The notes: a model not told the origin generated them from the sequence alone. A stretch of 64,000 bases of DNA from Chloroflexota bacterium (GCA_965221905.1 OZ244922.1:1984001-2048000); one strand, 5' to 3'; shown: positions 28,402-40,820, counted from the first letter of the stretch. A program made the numbers and translations.

Positions 28402-30879
28402 ATGGCAAAGCAGCCTGAAGAGGTTCGACAGACTGAGGAAGCAGCGGCGGAGGACAATCTCCTGCGCCTGCCGGTTGTAGTGCTCATGGACTCCGTTGTC
28501 TTTCCGTATATGACCGTTCCCCTGCGCCTTGAAGACGACTCGGCATTTAAGGCGGTCGCGGCGGCCGTAGAGGATGATCACAAGGTCTTGCTCCTTACGC
28601 CGGACAAAAAATTCAATCCGCAGCGCCCAAAGCAGGAGCATGCCGGTACTATCGGGACCATCGCCGGTGTAGGCCAGCTCATTCGACTTCCCGACGGCAA
28701 ACATCAGGCCCTCTTTCAAGGTCAAAAGCGAGGCCGCTTGGTCAAGATTTGGAAGAAGAAGCACTTGATCGCAGAGGTGGAGGCTATAGAGGAGGTGGCG
28801 GAGTCCACACTAGAAACCGAAGCGCTGGTGCGGAGTGTCATCAACCAGATCGAGACCTATGTTGAAAAGGAACCTCAGGTGCCACGCGACGCTGTAGCGG
28901 TGGCGCGGGGTATGGACGATCCAGGACGACTTGCCGATCTCTTTGGTTACGCGCCTGAGCTCACCCTCAATGAGCGGCGCAAACTGCTAAGCATTACGGA
29001 CCCGGTGGAGCGCTTGAAACGTGTCTACCGCATCATGGCCCGACAACTACAGATTTCCGAGGTCAAGTCGCGCATTCAAGGCGAAATCCAGCAGGGGATG
29101 GAGAAGGCTCAGCGGGAGTACTATCTCCGCGAGCAACTCAAGGCAATCCACCGCGAATTAGGAGAGGCCAATCCGCAACTGGCTGAGATCGAGGAGATTA
29201 AGAAGGCGATTGAAGAATCGCAAATGCCGGATGAGGTAAAGGACAAGGCGCGCCATGAGGCCGGACGCCTTGGCAACATGCCCTCGGCTTCACCGGAAGT
29301 AGGCATAGTTCGCACCTATCTGGAGTGGCTCCTTGGCCTACCGTGGGCGGACGGCTCGCACGAGGAAGTGGAAATAAGTCAAGTAAAGCAAGTTCTTGAC
29401 CAGGATCACTACGGATTAGACAAGGTTAAGGATAGAATTCTCGAATATCTTGCAGTGCGCAGCCTCGCAAAGCATGCACGGACGCCGATACTTTGTCTGA
29501 TCGGCCCACCGGGAGTTGGCAAGACCTCACTGGGCCGTTCGGTCGCGCGGGCGTTGGACCGCAAGTTTGTCCGCATCAGCTTGGGAGGCGTACGTGACGA
29601 GGCGGAAATTCGCGGTCACCGCCGCACGTATATTGGCGCGCTCCCCGGCAGGATTATCCAGGGCATGCGCCAGGCAGGCGTGGTCAATCCGGTTTTCGTG
29701 CTAGATGAAATCGACAAGCTGGGCTACGACTTTCGAGGCGATCCTTCCAGCGCGATGCTCGAGGTCTTGGATCCGGAACAGAACTTCAGCTTCTCCGATC
29801 ACTATCTCGAAGTGCCCTATGACCTCTCGAAGGTGCTCTTCATTGCGACGGGAAACCTGATGGAGACTATTCCGCCGGCCCTGCTCGATCGTATGGAGGT
29901 TATCAATGTCTCGGGTTATACGGAGGAAGAGAAGCTCCACATCGCGCGTGGGTACTTGGTCCCGCGCCAACTAAAGCAGCATGGGCTCACGCGGTCGCAA
30001 TGCAAAATCACGGATGGAGGGCTGCGCAAGGTAGTTCGCGGCTACACCGCTGAAGCCGGCGTGCGGAATCTAGAACGGCAGATTGCCACGATCGACCGCA
30101 AAGTTGCGCGCATGATTGCCGCGGATGAGCAAAAGTCGGCACGAGTCGGCCCTCGCCGCGTGCAGGAACTGCTGGGTCCGGAGAAGTTGAACACGAAACT
30201 CGACAGGCGTGAAGACGAAATTGGTGTTGTAACCGGTCTGGCGTGGACCGCGGCCGGTGGTGAGGTTAGCACGGTAGAAGCGGCTCTTATGAAGGGCAAA
30301 GGCAATCTCATCCTGACCGGTCAGCTTGGCGAAGTGATGCAGGAGTCTGCGATAACGGCGCTTTCTTTTGCCCGTGCCAAGGCGCGGACCTTCGACATCG
30401 CAGCGGACGTGATCGAGGGGAACGATCTCCACGTCCATGTGCCGGCCGGCGCCGTACCTAAAGAAGGACCTTCTGCAGGCGTGGCGTTGGCGACGTCGAT
30501 TGTTTCAATCTTTACGCAGCGACCTGTAAGCAAGGACGTTGCAATGACAGGCGAAGTCACCTTGCGCGGTCGCGTGTTGCCGGTCAGCGGATTGAAAGAG
30601 AAGTTGCTGGCCGCCCACCGAGCCGGGGTGCGTTCCGTGGTACTTCCCAGCAAGAACAAACATAGTCTGGAAGACGTGCCGAAGGAAGCCCTTGAGCAGT
30701 TGCAGATTATCTGGGCCGAAACGATGGACGATGTGCTCGAGGCCGCGCTACTCGTGACTGCTTCGGGCGGGAAGAACAAGAAAAAGCTCTCGACGAAGAA
30801 ACGGCGGCTTCCGGCCCCAACGCCGGAGAGTCACCCGGTCGTCACACCCATAAGTCCAACAATAGCTGAGGAGGCATAG
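28402..30879 (+). CDS. lon: ATP-dependent Lon protease
   Basis: [53 protein letters not shown]. Confidence 0.97.
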   Translation: MAKQPEEVRQTEEAAAEDNLLRLPVVVLMDSVVFPYMTVPLRLEDDSAFKAVAAAVEDDHKVLLLTPDKKFNPQRPKQEHAGTIGTIAGVGQLIRLPDGKHQALFQGQKRGRLVKIWKKKHLIAEVEAIEEVAESTLETEALVRSVINQIETYVEKEPQVPRDAVAVARGMDDPGRLADLFGYAPELTLNERRKLLSITDPVERLKRVYRIMARQLQISEVKSRIQGEIQQGMEKAQREYYLREQLKAIHRELGEANPQLAEIEEIKKAIEESQMPDEVKDKARHEAGRLGNMPSASPEVGIVRTYLEWLLGLPWADGSHEEVEISQVKQVLDQDHYGLDKVKDRILEYLAVRSLAKHARTPILCLIGPPGVGKTSLGRSVARALDRKFVRISLGGVRDEAEIRGHRRTYIGALPGRIIQGMRQAGVVNPVFVLDEIDKLGYDFRGDPSSAMLEVLDPEQNFSFSDHYLEVPYDLSKVLFIATGNLMETIPPALLDRMEVINVSGYTEEEKLHIARGYLVPRQLKQHGLTRSQCKITDGGLRKVVRGYTAEAGVRNLERQIATIDRKVARMIAADEQKSARVGPRRVQELLGPEKLNTKLDRREDEIGVVTGLAWTAAGGEVSTVEAALMKGKGNLILTGQLGEVMQESAITALSFARAKARTFDIAADVIEGNDLHVHVPAGAVPKEGPSAGVALATSIVSIFTQRPVSKDVAMTGEVTLRGRVLPVSGLKEKLLAAHRAGVRSVVLPSKNKHSLEDVPKEALEQLQIIWAETMDDVLEAALLVTASGGKNKKKLSTKKRRLPAPTPESHPVVTPISPTIAEEA

Positions 30880-30884
30880 CAAAC

Positions 30885-32864
30885 ATGGGCAAGATAATTG
30901 GTATTGACCTTGGTACGACCAACTCCGTGGTCGCAGTGATGGAGGGCGGTGACCCGGTGGTCATCCCTACATCGGAGGGCGGCGACCTCTGTCCTTCAGT
31001 GGTAGCTTTTACCAAGAGCAAAGAGCGCTTGGTCGGTCAATTGGCGCGGCGTCAAGCCGTATTGAATCCTGAGAACACAGTTTCTTCCATCAAGCGTTTC
31101 ATGGGCCATCGCCAAGATGAAGTGCAAAACGAAGGCCGACTGGTTGCCTACACGATAACCACGGGGTCTAAAGGCGAAGCACGAGTCGCGATTCCGGCTA
31201 TGGGCAAAGACTTTACGCCGGAAGAAATCTCCGCGATGATCTTGCAGAAGCTAAAGGGCGACGCTGAGAAATATCTCGGTGAGGAAGTCACGCAGGCCGT
31301 TCTCACCGTACCCGCATACTTCAATGACAGCCAGCGCCAGGCCACGAAGAATGCCGGGCAGGTTGCCGGCCTGGAGGTGCTGCGCATTATCAATGAGCCC
31401 ACTGCAGCCTCGCTGGCCTATGGTCTCGACAAGAAATCGACGGAGACTATCCTGGTCTGGGACCTGGGTGGCGGCACGTTCGATGTCTCGATCCTCGAAG
31501 TCGGCGACGGCGTGTTCGAGGTTAAGTCGACGGCGGGCGATACCCATCTAGGCGGCGATGACTACGATGATAGAATTGTCAGCTATCTTGCCGAGCAGTT
31601 CCAAAGTGACGAGGGTATTGATCTGCGCAAGGATCGGCAGGCGCTGCAACGCCTAATCGAAGCCTCGGAGAAGGCCAAAATCGAGCTCTCCACCATGGTC
31701 CAGACGGAGATCAATCTGCCGTATATTACTGCCGACCAGAATGGCCCCAAACACCTTTCTCACACGTTGTCGCGCGCCAGGTTTGAAGACCTGACCGCTA
31801 CGCTGACCGAACGCACCAAACGTCCCTTCCAACAGGCGTTGAACGATGCCGGACTCAGCCCCAATGACATCGATGAGGTGGTGCTTGTAGGCGGCTCAAC
31901 TCGTATGCCGGTAATTCAGGAGCTGGTAAAGAAGCTCATCGGCAAAGACCCCCACCAGGGCGTCAACCCGGATGAGGTAGTGGCAGTTGGCGCGGCAATT
32001 CAGGCCGGTGTGCTTGGCGGCGAGGTGCAAGATGTTGTTTTGCTCGACGTGACGCCGCTCAGCTTGGGCGTTGAGACGCTTGGCGGCGTGTTCACGAAGA
32101 TGATCGAGCGCAATACAACCGTGCCCACGCGAAAGAGCGAGATTTTCTCCACCGCACAAGACGGCCAGAACGCGGTAGACATTATGGTCTATCAGGGCGA
32201 ACGCCCAATGGCAAAGGACAATATGCCCTTGGGTCAGTTTCGTTTGGAGGGTATTCCGCCTGCGCCGCGCGGTGTACCTCAGGTTGACGTGACATTCGAT
32301 ATCGACGCCAACGGCATTTTAAACGTGACGGCCAAGGACCTGGGCAGCGGAAAAGAGCAGAACGTGACCATCCACGCGTCCACGACCCTCAGCAAAGATC
32401 AAGTGGACCAGATGGTCAAGGAAGCCGAAGAACACGCCGACGATGACCGCGCGCGTGCCGAGGAAATAGAATTGCGCAACCGCGCGGATACCCTCTTGTA
32501 TCAGACGGAGCGTTCAATTAAGGATCTTGGGGACGACGTGCCTGAGGAGGACCGTACGGCAGTGGAAGGTGCGCTCGAGCAACTGCGCGAGGCCCTAAAG
32601 GGAGATGACACTGCGAGCATCAACGCGGCGGTGGAAGAGGTGCAGCAAGCGTCAATGAAGATTGGCGAGGCCATGTACGCCCGCGCCGCAGCGGCGCAAG
32701 ATGGTGATGGCGATGGCAATGGCGATCCGGTTGGCGCTGCAGCCGGCACGCAAGACAGCGCCGCCGAGAGCAGTGACGATTCCGTTGTTGATGCTGAGTT
32801 CCGTGCCACAGATGAATCTGACTCGGAAGGCAAAAAGGAAGCGACTGGCGCCGAGAAGCGCTAG
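30885..32864 (+). CDS. dnaK: Chaperone DnaK
   Basis: [47 protein letters not shown]. Confidence 0.99.
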   Translation: MGKIIGIDLGTTNSVVAVMEGGDPVVIPTSEGGDLCPSVVAFTKSKERLVGQLARRQAVLNPENTVSSIKRFMGHRQDEVQNEGRLVAYTITTGSKGEARVAIPAMGKDFTPEEISAMILQKLKGDAEKYLGEEVTQAVLTVPAYFNDSQRQATKNAGQVAGLEVLRIINEPTAASLAYGLDKKSTETILVWDLGGGTFDVSILEVGDGVFEVKSTAGDTHLGGDDYDDRIVSYLAEQFQSDEGIDLRKDRQALQRLIEASEKAKIELSTMVQTEINLPYITADQNGPKHLSHTLSRARFEDLTATLTERTKRPFQQALNDAGLSPNDIDEVVLVGGSTRMPVIQELVKKLIGKDPHQGVNPDEVVAVGAAIQAGVLGGEVQDVVLLDVTPLSLGVETLGGVFTKMIERNTTVPTRKSEIFSTAQDGQNAVDIMVYQGERPMAKDNMPLGQFRLEGIPPAPRGVPQVDVTFDIDANGILNVTAKDLGSGKEQNVTIHASTTLSKDQVDQMVKEAEEHADDDRARAEEIELRNRADTLLYQTERSIKDLGDDVPEEDRTAVEGALEQLREALKGDDTASINAAVEEVQQASMKIGEAMYARAAAAQDGDGDGNGDPVGAAAGTQDSAAESSDDSVVDAEFRATDESDSEGKKEATGAEKR

Positions 32865-32912
32865 GTAGGTGGCTGCTTTTATAGCCGCCTCTAGGTGGGA
32901 GGTTTGTAACTA

Positions 32913-33560
32913 ATGGCACGAACGAAGAAGGCTACACAGTCTGCCGGCGAAGAAACTGAGGCCCGCGCCGCTGAGTTGGCGCAGGAGCAGGACAATCATG
33001 ATTCGCCGGACGCCGGCGCAGCCGCCGAATTTGACTTGGAGCAATTCGGTACGGGTGCATCACTTGAAGAGCAACTTGCTTCTGCCGCGCAAGAAGCTGA
33101 GACGTACAAAGATCGATTCTTGCGTGCGCGCGCCGATTTGGAGAATTACCGGAGACGGTCGGTCCAATACGCTGCGGAGGGCATCCGTGAGGCTCAGAAG
33201 CAGACATTTGAAGCCTTTCTGCCTGTCGTGGACAATCTTGAAAGAGCTGTCGCCTATCAGGAACAGCACCAGACAGACTCCGTAGAAGACCTGCTTACTG
33301 GCATTCGCATGACACTATTGCAGGTCCGCGAAGTATTGGAGCGTCAAGAGGTAAAGCGCATCGAAGCCTTGGGTGAGCCCTTCGATCCGCGCTATCACGA
33401 AGCAATAGAGGTTCAGACGACTGAATGCGACGTGGACGCCGATACCGTCGTTGGGGAGATACAGACAGGCTATCTCTTTGGTGATACGGTTCTTCGTCCC
33501 GCGAGAGTTCGCGTGGCGCAGCAGCGCCATTTAGATGAAGAACCAAGTGATACCCCCTGA
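32913..33560 (+). CDS. grpE: Nucleotide exchange factor GrpE
   Basis: LRARADLENYRRR, LPVVDNLERA, FDPRYHEA, GY...LRPARVRV. Confidence 0.97.
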   Translation: MARTKKATQSAGEETEARAAELAQEQDNHDSPDAGAAAEFDLEQFGTGASLEEQLASAAQEAETYKDRFLRARADLENYRRRSVQYAAEGIREAQKQTFEAFLPVVDNLERAVAYQEQHQTDSVEDLLTGIRMTLLQVREVLERQEVKRIEALGEPFDPRYHEAIEVQTTECDVDADTVVGEIQTGYLFGDTVLRPARVRVAQQRHLDEEPSDTP

Positions 33561-33613
33561 AGGCAACGGAATCCGCGGCCTGAACGCATGCCTTGAGCCG
33601 CAAAGTGAGTGTG

Positions 33614-34624
33614 ATGGAGTTCAAGGACTATTACAAGGTACTGGGCGTGTCGCCCAAGACTTCGACGAAGGAAATAAAAGAGACCTATCGGCGTCTTGCC
33701 CGCAAGTACCACCCGGACGTGAACCCCGGCGACTCCAACGCAGAGGACCGATTCAAGGAAATCAATGAAGCGTATGAGGCGCTGCGGGACGAGAAGAAGC
33801 GGGCGCGCTACGACCAATTGCGGGCTGTTCACCAATCAGGGCGACCCTGGCAAAACCATGCGCGTACCGGCGGCAGCGGCTTCCCATTTGACATGGGCGG
33901 ACGAGGAGGCATCGATTTCGATGGCATCGGGCGTGGCAATGTGAGGTCCGGCGGCTTTTCTGACTTCTTTGAGTCGCTCTTCGGTCGTACGCAGCAACCG
34001 GGCGACCAACAAGGCCGCGATCTGGAGCAGGAGATAGAGGTCACTCTGGCCGAAGCCTTTGCGGGCACTTTACGCACGTTCGACTTGCAGGTGCCGGGAC
34101 CATGCCCTGCTTGTGCGGGCTCTGGGCGCGCCGAAGGTACAGTGTGTACTGTGTGCCGGGGCAGTGGCAGCCGCTTGCGGCACCGACGCCTCGAAGTGAA
34201 GATTCCCGCCGGAGTGCGTGAAGGCTCCCGAATCCGCGTCGCCGGTGAAGGCCATCCCGGGAGAAACGGCGAGCGCGGCAATCTGTATCTGGTAGTCAAG
34301 ATTGCACCGGACTCACGTTATGAGTTGAAGTCCGACGATTTGCACACTGACGTGCAGGTTGATCTCGTAGATGCTGTACTGGGCGCGGAGATACTGGTGC
34401 CGACTCCTGACGGCAAGAACGTCGTAATGCGCATTCCTCCTGAAACTCAGAATGGGCAGATATTTCGACTTGCCGGCCAAGGCATGCCGAAACTGAAGAG
34501 TAGCGAGCGCGGCGGCCTGTTTGTTCGCGTGCAGGTTCGACTACCGAAGGGACTGACGTCTCGCGAGAAAGAGCTCTTTGCAGAGCTGGCTCTACTGCGG
34601 AAGGGGAGCCCAGTCACAGCGTAG
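33614..34624 (+). CDS. dnaJ: DnaJ/CbpA-type J-domain co-chaperone with a half zinc finger
   Basis: KDYYKVLGV, YHPD, G/F region, FSDFF, two CxxCxGxG repeats, C-terminal domains. Confidence 0.9.
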   Translation: MEFKDYYKVLGVSPKTSTKEIKETYRRLARKYHPDVNPGDSNAEDRFKEINEAYEALRDEKKRARYDQLRAVHQSGRPWQNHARTGGSGFPFDMGGRGGIDFDGIGRGNVRSGGFSDFFESLFGRTQQPGDQQGRDLEQEIEVTLAEAFAGTLRTFDLQVPGPCPACAGSGRAEGTVCTVCRGSGSRLRHRRLEVKIPAGVREGSRIRVAGEGHPGRNGERGNLYLVVKIAPDSRYELKSDDLHTDVQVDLVDAVLGAEILVPTPDGKNVVMRIPPETQNGQIFRLAGQGMPKLKSSERGGLFVRVQVRLPKGLTSREKELFAELALLRKGSPVTA

Positions 34625-34674
34625 AGCGCGAACCGGGATAAAGCTACGCTTCACCGGGCAAATAGAGGATAACC

Positions 34675-35037
34675 ATGGACATTCGCTTTGAAGGCGAGGG
34701 GCCATTCTATGCCATAGGTGTAGTGGCTGAGGTACTGCGCGTTCACCCCCAGACGCTCCGGCACTACGAGCGACTGGGTTTGGTCAAGCCCCGTCGTTCC
34801 AAAGGCAATGTGAGACTCTATTCGCATGCGGACTTGGAGAGAATGGAGCAAATACAGCGTCTCGTCAATGATCTTGGAGTTAATCTCGCGGGTGTGGAAG
34901 TGATCCTAAACCTCACCGAGCGCATGGAAAGGCTCCAACAGGAAATGGATGAGAGACTCACCGCGCAGCGCGAGCAATACGAAGCAGAGCTAGCCCGCCT
35001 CAAAGGTCTGCTGCAGCGCGTGACCCAAAATTACTAG
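34675..35037 (+). CDS. hspR: Heat-shock repressor HspR (MerR family)
   Basis: HPQTLRHYERLGL, GNVRLYS, LGVNLAGVEVIL; follows dnaJ. Confidence 0.92.
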   Translation: MDIRFEGEGPFYAIGVVAEVLRVHPQTLRHYERLGLVKPRRSKGNVRLYSHADLERMEQIQRLVNDLGVNLAGVEVILNLTERMERLQQEMDERLTAQREQYEAELARLKGLLQRVTQNY

Positions 35038-35161
35038 GGACAAATGACCAAGCCGCCACTTTCGCAAAGAAGGCCCTGCTTGAGACGATTGAGAATCTGC
35101 TGATGTAGAATGACTGCGGCTTTTCTTCAAGGATGAAAGCGAAACGAAAAGGACAAGGGAG

Positions 35162-37639
35162 ATGGCGTGGAATAACCGTTTCACGACAAAGGCGCAAGAA
35201 GCTCTCGCAAAAGCCCAAGAGGTAATGCTGGAGCACAACCACAATCAACTTGATACCGAACACATCATGCTGGCGCTGCTCAAGCAGAACGACGGTTTGG
35301 TGCCGCAGATGCTGGGAATACTCAATGTCGATTCAGCGCAGCTTGAACAGCGTCTTGAAGGGACACTGCGGCCGCAAGTCACATTCGGACAGGGCGGACA
35401 AGCACAGTATTACCTGACGCCGCGCGCCAAGCGTGTGCTCGACTTGGCTGCGGAAGAGGCGGCCCGACTCAAGGATGAATATGTCGGTACCGAGCATCTA
35501 TTCATCGCAATTTCCGGCGCGGAGGATGGGGATACCCACCGCATCCTGCGGGAAGCCGGCATAGACCGAGAAAAGATCTATCAAGCGATGGAGAAAGTGC
35601 GCGGCTCACATCGCGTTACCGACCCGGAAGCGGAATCCAAATATCGCATGCTGGAGCGCTACGGCCTTGACCTGACGCAGTTTGCGCGTGACAACAAGCT
35701 CGACCCGGTTATTGGACGTGCTGAGGAGATTCATCGCGTGATGCAGATCCTCTCGCGGCGTACCAAGAACAACCCCGTACTCATGGGCGAACCCGGTGTC
35801 GGCAAGACCGCCATCGTGGAAGGACTGGCGCAGCGCATCGTGAACGGCGACGTGCCCGAGCAGCTACGTGAGAAACGCGTTATCGCTTTGGATATGGCTG
35901 CGCTTCTTGCAGGGGCAAAATTCCGGGGTGAGTTTGAGGAACGGCTCAAGGGTGTTGTGGATGAGGTGCAGAAAGCAAAGCGCGAAGTTATTCTATTCAT
36001 CGATGAGCTTCATACCGTGGTCGGCGCGGGTGGCGCCGAAGGTGCAATTGACGCGGCAAACATCCTCAAGCCGGCGCTGGCGCGCGGTGAACTGCAAGTC
36101 GTCGGCGCCACGACACTGGACGATTATCGCCGCCACATCGAGAAAGACTCTGCACTCGAGCGTCGGTTCCAACCGGTCTATGTCGAAGAGCCGACAGTGG
36201 AGGACACAATCGCAATCCTTCGAGGGCTTCGCGACAAATACGAGGCCCATCACGGCCTGAAAATTCTCAATGGTGCTCTGAGTGCCGCGGCAAAGCTTTC
36301 GCAACGATACCTCACTGAACGATTCCTGCCGGACAAAGCCATTGATCTCATCGATGAGGCGGCGGCGAAAGTGCGCATGGAGATTTTCAGCATGCCCGAT
36401 GACATCAAGGAGCTTGAAAGTCGATTAAAGCGGTGTGAGCGCGAAGAGGAAGCCGCATGGCAAAATCGGGACTACGAGAAAGCTGCCAATTATCGCACGG
36501 AGCACCTGCGATTGCAGGAAGAGTATGAGAGTGCCCGCGAAGGGTGGCTTGGCAGCCAAGAGATGCACGACGAGGTTGACGCGAAAGACGTCGCTCAAGT
36601 GCTTGCGAAGTGGACCGGTATTCCGGTGGCACAGCTCTTCCAAGAGGAAGCCGCGAAGCTCTTGCACATGGAAGAGGAGCTACACAAGCGAATTGTAAGC
36701 CAAGAAGAAGCCATACTAGCCGTGTCTGAAGCGATTCGCCGCTCGCGCTCAGGCTTGGCAAACCCCAAGCGACCGATTGGCAGCTTCCTTTTCGTTGGTC
36801 CCACGGGTGTCGGCAAGACCGAACTCGCGCGGGCACTTGCCGAGTTCATGTTCGATGACGAAGATGCTTTGGTGCGGATCGATATGTCGGAGTATCGGGA
36901 GCGGCATAGCGTGAGTCGTCTGATTGGCGCTCCCCCCGGGTATGTTGGATTCGAAGAAGGCGGACAGTTGACGGAGGCTGTGCGTCGGCGGCCCTACCGA
37001 GTGGTGCTCTTCGACGAGGTTGAAAAGGCGCACGCAGACGTATTCAATACGTTGCTTCAGGTCATGGAGGACGGGCGACTGACAGACGGCCGCGGACATG
37101 TTGTCGATTTTCGCAACACGGTCATCATCATGACCTCCAATGTCGGCGCGAACATACTTAGCACCAATGGTACTCTTGGCTTCCAACCCGGTGGTACGGA
37201 TGAAGAGAGAGAAGACTTCGAATCTATCAAGGCGAAACTGCATAGAGAGCTACGGCAAATGTTTCGGCCCGAGTTTCTCAATCGGATCGATGAGATCATT
37301 GTCTTTCACTACTTGAACAAACTTCAATTGCGGGATGTCGTCGAACGCATGCTTCATGAGGTGCGCCAGCGCTTGGTAGAGCGCAGTGTCACGCTCGACG
37401 TGAGCGCGGCGGCCAAGGATTGGCTGGTCGAAAACGGCTACGACCATGACTATGGCGCCCGGCCTCTGCGCAGGCTTGTACAGCGTGAGATCGAAAACAC
37501 GCTGGCCAAGATGCTACTGAATGGTGAGCTAGCCGAGGGGCATGGCGTAACAGTGGACTTGCTGGGAGACAGATTGCACTTCGTGGCGGCCCCGCGTCCT
37601 GCTGTATTGGAAACCACTATGGAAGCGGCAGTATCATAG
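35162..37639 (+). CDS. clpC: ATP-dependent Clp ATPase, ClpC type
   Basis: Clp-N repeats, two AAA+ modules ([16 protein letters not shown]), short UVR-like middle domain ([10 protein letters not shown]), LGF ClpP-docking loop. Confidence 0.85.
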   Translation: MAWNNRFTTKAQEALAKAQEVMLEHNHNQLDTEHIMLALLKQNDGLVPQMLGILNVDSAQLEQRLEGTLRPQVTFGQGGQAQYYLTPRAKRVLDLAAEEAARLKDEYVGTEHLFIAISGAEDGDTHRILREAGIDREKIYQAMEKVRGSHRVTDPEAESKYRMLERYGLDLTQFARDNKLDPVIGRAEEIHRVMQILSRRTKNNPVLMGEPGVGKTAIVEGLAQRIVNGDVPEQLREKRVIALDMAALLAGAKFRGEFEERLKGVVDEVQKAKREVILFIDELHTVVGAGGAEGAIDAANILKPALARGELQVVGATTLDDYRRHIEKDSALERRFQPVYVEEPTVEDTIAILRGLRDKYEAHHGLKILNGALSAAAKLSQRYLTERFLPDKAIDLIDEAAAKVRMEIFSMPDDIKELESRLKRCEREEEAAWQNRDYEKAANYRTEHLRLQEEYESAREGWLGSQEMHDEVDAKDVAQVLAKWTGIPVAQLFQEEAAKLLHMEEELHKRIVSQEEAILAVSEAIRRSRSGLANPKRPIGSFLFVGPTGVGKTELARALAEFMFDDEDALVRIDMSEYRERHSVSRLIGAPPGYVGFEEGGQLTEAVRRRPYRVVLFDEVEKAHADVFNTLLQVMEDGRLTDGRGHVVDFRNTVIIMTSNVGANILSTNGTLGFQPGGTDEEREDFESIKAKLHRELRQMFRPEFLNRIDEIIVFHYLNKLQLRDVVERMLHEVRQRLVERSVTLDVSAAAKDWLVENGYDHDYGARPLRRLVQREIENTLAKMLLNGELAEGHGVTVDLLGDRLHFVAAPRPAVLETTMEAAVS

Positions 37640-37974
37640 TAGACCTGTCCCCGATTACTCATTGCCAAGGTGCTCCAATGAGACCTGAAAGAGAGGCCGA
37701 TGATGCACTGCTCCGTGGCTGCGGCTACCGGGGCAGTGGCAGTAATGCTCCGCCGGTAGTTCCACCGGACGGACGCGCTTGCCCCAGTCTGCAAAAAATG
37801 TAGGCCCGGTTGTAAGACCTCTCTTCTCACTTGCATGAAGTGATAGCGTGTTGGCTCTGCGGGTAGTTTCCTCGTCCAAACTTACCAGGACTGGGGAGGT
37901 GAAATAGTGCCATTAGCCAACACTCGTGTCCGTTCAAGAGCCAAGTTACTATCTTTACTAAGGAGCATTTTTTC

Positions 37975-39756
37975 GTGAGTGAACGATGGAAACGCACCCA
38001 TACCTGTGGCGAGTTACGCGAACAAGATGTCGCGCAGACGGTCACGCTGAACGGGTGGGTGCACCGGCGGCGAGACCATGGCGGCGTAGTTTTTCTAGAC
38101 CTGCGTGATCGCTATGGCCTTACGCAAGTGGTGATAGACCCGCAAGCCTCGCCAGATGTTCAGGCAACTGTCTCTCGAGTCCGCAATGAATTCGTGCTCA
38201 GCCTGTCTGGCACGGTTCAAGTGCGTCCCGAAGGCACGCGGAATCCCAATCTGCCTACGGGCGATATCGAGGTGCACGCCACAGTCATTCAGGTTCTTTC
38301 GGCAACGCAAACACCGCCGTTCGATCTCAACAACCCTGACTTGGAGGTGGATGAGTCGATTCGGTTGCGCTACCGGTACTTGGACCTGCGGCGTGAAGAG
38401 ATGCAACGGAAGATGGAGCTGCGACACCGGTTAACAAAGGCGATCCGTGATTTCATGGATGCGGAAGGCTTTTGGGAGATCGAGACGCCAATTCTCTTGA
38501 AGAGCACGCCGGAGGGCGCACGCGACTACCTTGTACCCAGCCGCGTCCATGCCGGACGATTCTATGCCTTGCCGCAATCGCCCCAGCAACTCAAGCAATT
38601 GCTCATGGTCTCCGGCATGGACCGCTACTTCCAGATTGCGCGATGTTTCCGCGACGAAGACCCCCGTGCAGACCGCCAGCCTGAGTTTACCCAACTTGAC
38701 ATTGAAATGTCGTTTGTGGAGCGCGACGACGTCATGGACGTGATAGAGCGCCTCTATCTGGCGCTTGCAGATACGCACAGCAGCAAGTCGGTCCAAGCTC
38801 AACCGATCCCCCGCATGCCCTTTGCGGAGGCAATGGAGAAGTACGGTACGGACTGCCCCGACGTGCGCTTTGGCTTGGAGCTCGTCGACGTCTCCAATAT
38901 TGCGCAAGACACGAAATTCCGCGTTTTCAAAGAGGTGATTGCCAAGGGTGGCATTGTCAAAGGATTGCGTGCTCCAGGGTGCGGCCACTACTCGCGCAAG
39001 CAAGTGGATGAACTAACGAACATCGTTCGTTCATTGGGCGGCAAGGGCATGGTAACCATTGCCATTGAGGAAGGCGGTTTGCGTTCCCCGGTACTTCAGC
39101 ATCTTGGCGAAGAGGCGGCAAGACGAATAGCCTCAGCCCTCTCGGCGGAAACGGGCGACCTCGTGCTCATAGTGGCCGATCAGCCGGGCGTTACGAACGC
39201 AGTGCTCGCTCGACTGCGCCTTGAAGTCGGCGACCGGCTCGGTCTTCGTGATCCAAAAACGCTTGCTTTTTGCTGGATCGTGGACTTCCCCTTATTCGAA
39301 TGGGACGATGATGCAAGCCGCTGGACTTTTGTCCACAACCCCTTCTGCGGGCCGTATCCGGAAGATGAAGAGCTGGTGATTTCCGATCCGGGCAGCGCCC
39401 GTTCACTGCAATACGACCTGGTTTGTAACGGCTGGGAAGTAGGCGGCGGCAGCGTCCGCGCGCACAGGCGAGAGCTCCTTGAGCAGATATGGCTCACCAT
39501 GGGCTTTACCAAGGCACAGATTAACGAGCAAATCGGACACATGTTGGAAGCCTTCTCGTACGGCGTGCCGCCCCATGGCGGCATCGCGATGGGGCTTGAC
39601 CGCATCATCGCAATATTCGCCGACGTGGAGAGCATCCGCGAAACAATCGCTTTTCCCAAGAACCAGCAGGCGGTAGACCTCATGACACAAGCTCCATCGC
39701 CTGCATCGGACCTCCAACTCAAAGAAGTGCACTTGGCGTTGCGGCCGCAAAAGTAA
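37975..39756 (+). CDS. aspS: Aspartate-tRNA ligase, probably non-discriminating (Asp/Asn)
   Basis: RTHTCGELR, RRRDHGG (His typical of ND-AspRS), RPEG, ALPQSPQ, FRDED, PPHGGIAMGLDR. Confidence 0.97.
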   Translation: MSERWKRTHTCGELREQDVAQTVTLNGWVHRRRDHGGVVFLDLRDRYGLTQVVIDPQASPDVQATVSRVRNEFVLSLSGTVQVRPEGTRNPNLPTGDIEVHATVIQVLSATQTPPFDLNNPDLEVDESIRLRYRYLDLRREEMQRKMELRHRLTKAIRDFMDAEGFWEIETPILLKSTPEGARDYLVPSRVHAGRFYALPQSPQQLKQLLMVSGMDRYFQIARCFRDEDPRADRQPEFTQLDIEMSFVERDDVMDVIERLYLALADTHSSKSVQAQPIPRMPFAEAMEKYGTDCPDVRFGLELVDVSNIAQDTKFRVFKEVIAKGGIVKGLRAPGCGHYSRKQVDELTNIVRSLGGKGMVTIAIEEGGLRSPVLQHLGEEAARRIASALSAETGDLVLIVADQPGVTNAVLARLRLEVGDRLGLRDPKTLAFCWIVDFPLFEWDDDASRWTFVHNPFCGPYPEDEELVISDPGSARSLQYDLVCNGWEVGGGSVRAHRRELLEQIWLTMGFTKAQINEQIGHMLEAFSYGVPPHGGIAMGLDRIIAIFADVESIRETIAFPKNQQAVDLMTQAPSPASDLQLKEVHLALRPQK

Positions 39757-39995
39757 TAGCTGATTTGGCGTAATTTTGGGGCTGGAAGGCGCGCCGTCCA
39801 CGCAAGCGATCGCGTGGAGGCGCGCCTGATGCTTTGGTAGTCGGAGAGGGCATTTCAATGGCTCGAATTGCGACCCGGTGCAGCGGGAACTTGGAATCAC
39901 CATACGTTCTCTGCTAGTCTTACTGCTAAAGCAAGGTCTATTGATAGCGCCGCTAGTGGTGTGATCCAGTAAGTGCAGTACATGGAGGCATTGCG

Positions 39996-40820
39996 TTGAA
40001 GATTTACATAATGACCGATATGGAAGCGGTTGCAGGTGTTGTCGATTCTGATAACTACTGCAATAAGAGCTCGCGCTACTATGAGCGCGGCCGCGAACTG
40101 ACGACGCTGGAAACCAACGCCGCAATAGAGGCGTGCCTCGAAGCGGGAGCGACGGAAATCCTGGTTGTGGATGGGCACGGTCACGAAGCCATCGATCCTA
40201 TACTGCTGCACCCGGAGGCGAAGGTCCTTGCCGGACGGCCCATTGGGTATCCGTTCGGGTGTGACGATAGCTTCGACGCGGCACTCAGCATCGGCCAGCA
40301 TGCAAAGTCAAACACCGACGGCGGCCATCTGGCCCACACGGGTTCGTTTACTGTCGAAGAGCTGACAATCAACGGCGTTTCCGTCGGCGAAATGGGCTGC
40401 AACTTTCTCTTTGCGTCTTACTTTGGTGTCCCTTCGATTTTCTTGAGCGGAGATCAAGCGGCCGCTGATGAAGCCAAGGCGCTCGTGCCCAACATTGAGA
40501 CCGCCGCCGTCAAAGCAGGACTTCATCGAGGACCGGCAGCGGGACTTTCCGGTGATGAGAATAGACAATATAATGGAGCCGCGATCCACCTGCACCCTAC
40601 CAAGGCCCGACAGTTGATCAAAGAAGGCGTGCGCCGCGCCCTTGCAAAGCGAAGTGAGATCAAGCCGTTCTGGCTGGAACCACCCTATGAGCTTTTAAGC
40701 GTTTCGCGACCTGAAAACGGAGCCCCTGCAAGGACCGCCCGGGCAGCCGCCGGCGATCTGCTTGAGCTTCTCAAGGCGCGGCGCACCTATTCCACCGCGC
40801 ATGCGGCCCCAGCGCGCTGA
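39996..40820 (+). CDS. dppA: M55 family D-aminopeptidase (DppA-like)
   Basis: MKIYIMTDMEA, VVDGHG, IGQHA..LAHT, VGE, LSGD, AAVK. Confidence 0.88.
   Translation: MKIYIMTDMEAVAGVVDSDNYCNKSSRYYERGRELTTLETNAAIEACLEAGATEILVVDGHGHEAIDPILLHPEAKVLAGRPIGYPFGCDDSFDAALSIGQHAKSNTDGGHLAHTGSFTVEELTINGVSVGEMGCNFLFASYFGVPSIFLSGDQAAADEAKALVPNIETAAVKAGLHRGPAAGLSGDENRQYNGAAIHLHPTKARQLIKEGVRRALAKRSEIKPFWLEPPYELLSVSRPENGAPARTARAAAGDLLELLKARRTYSTAHAAPAR

Noticed and set aside
37640-37974. T-box leader for aspS
   Set aside because: The only GGTGGAAC-like motif is on the opposite strand; no Stem I or terminator is recognisable
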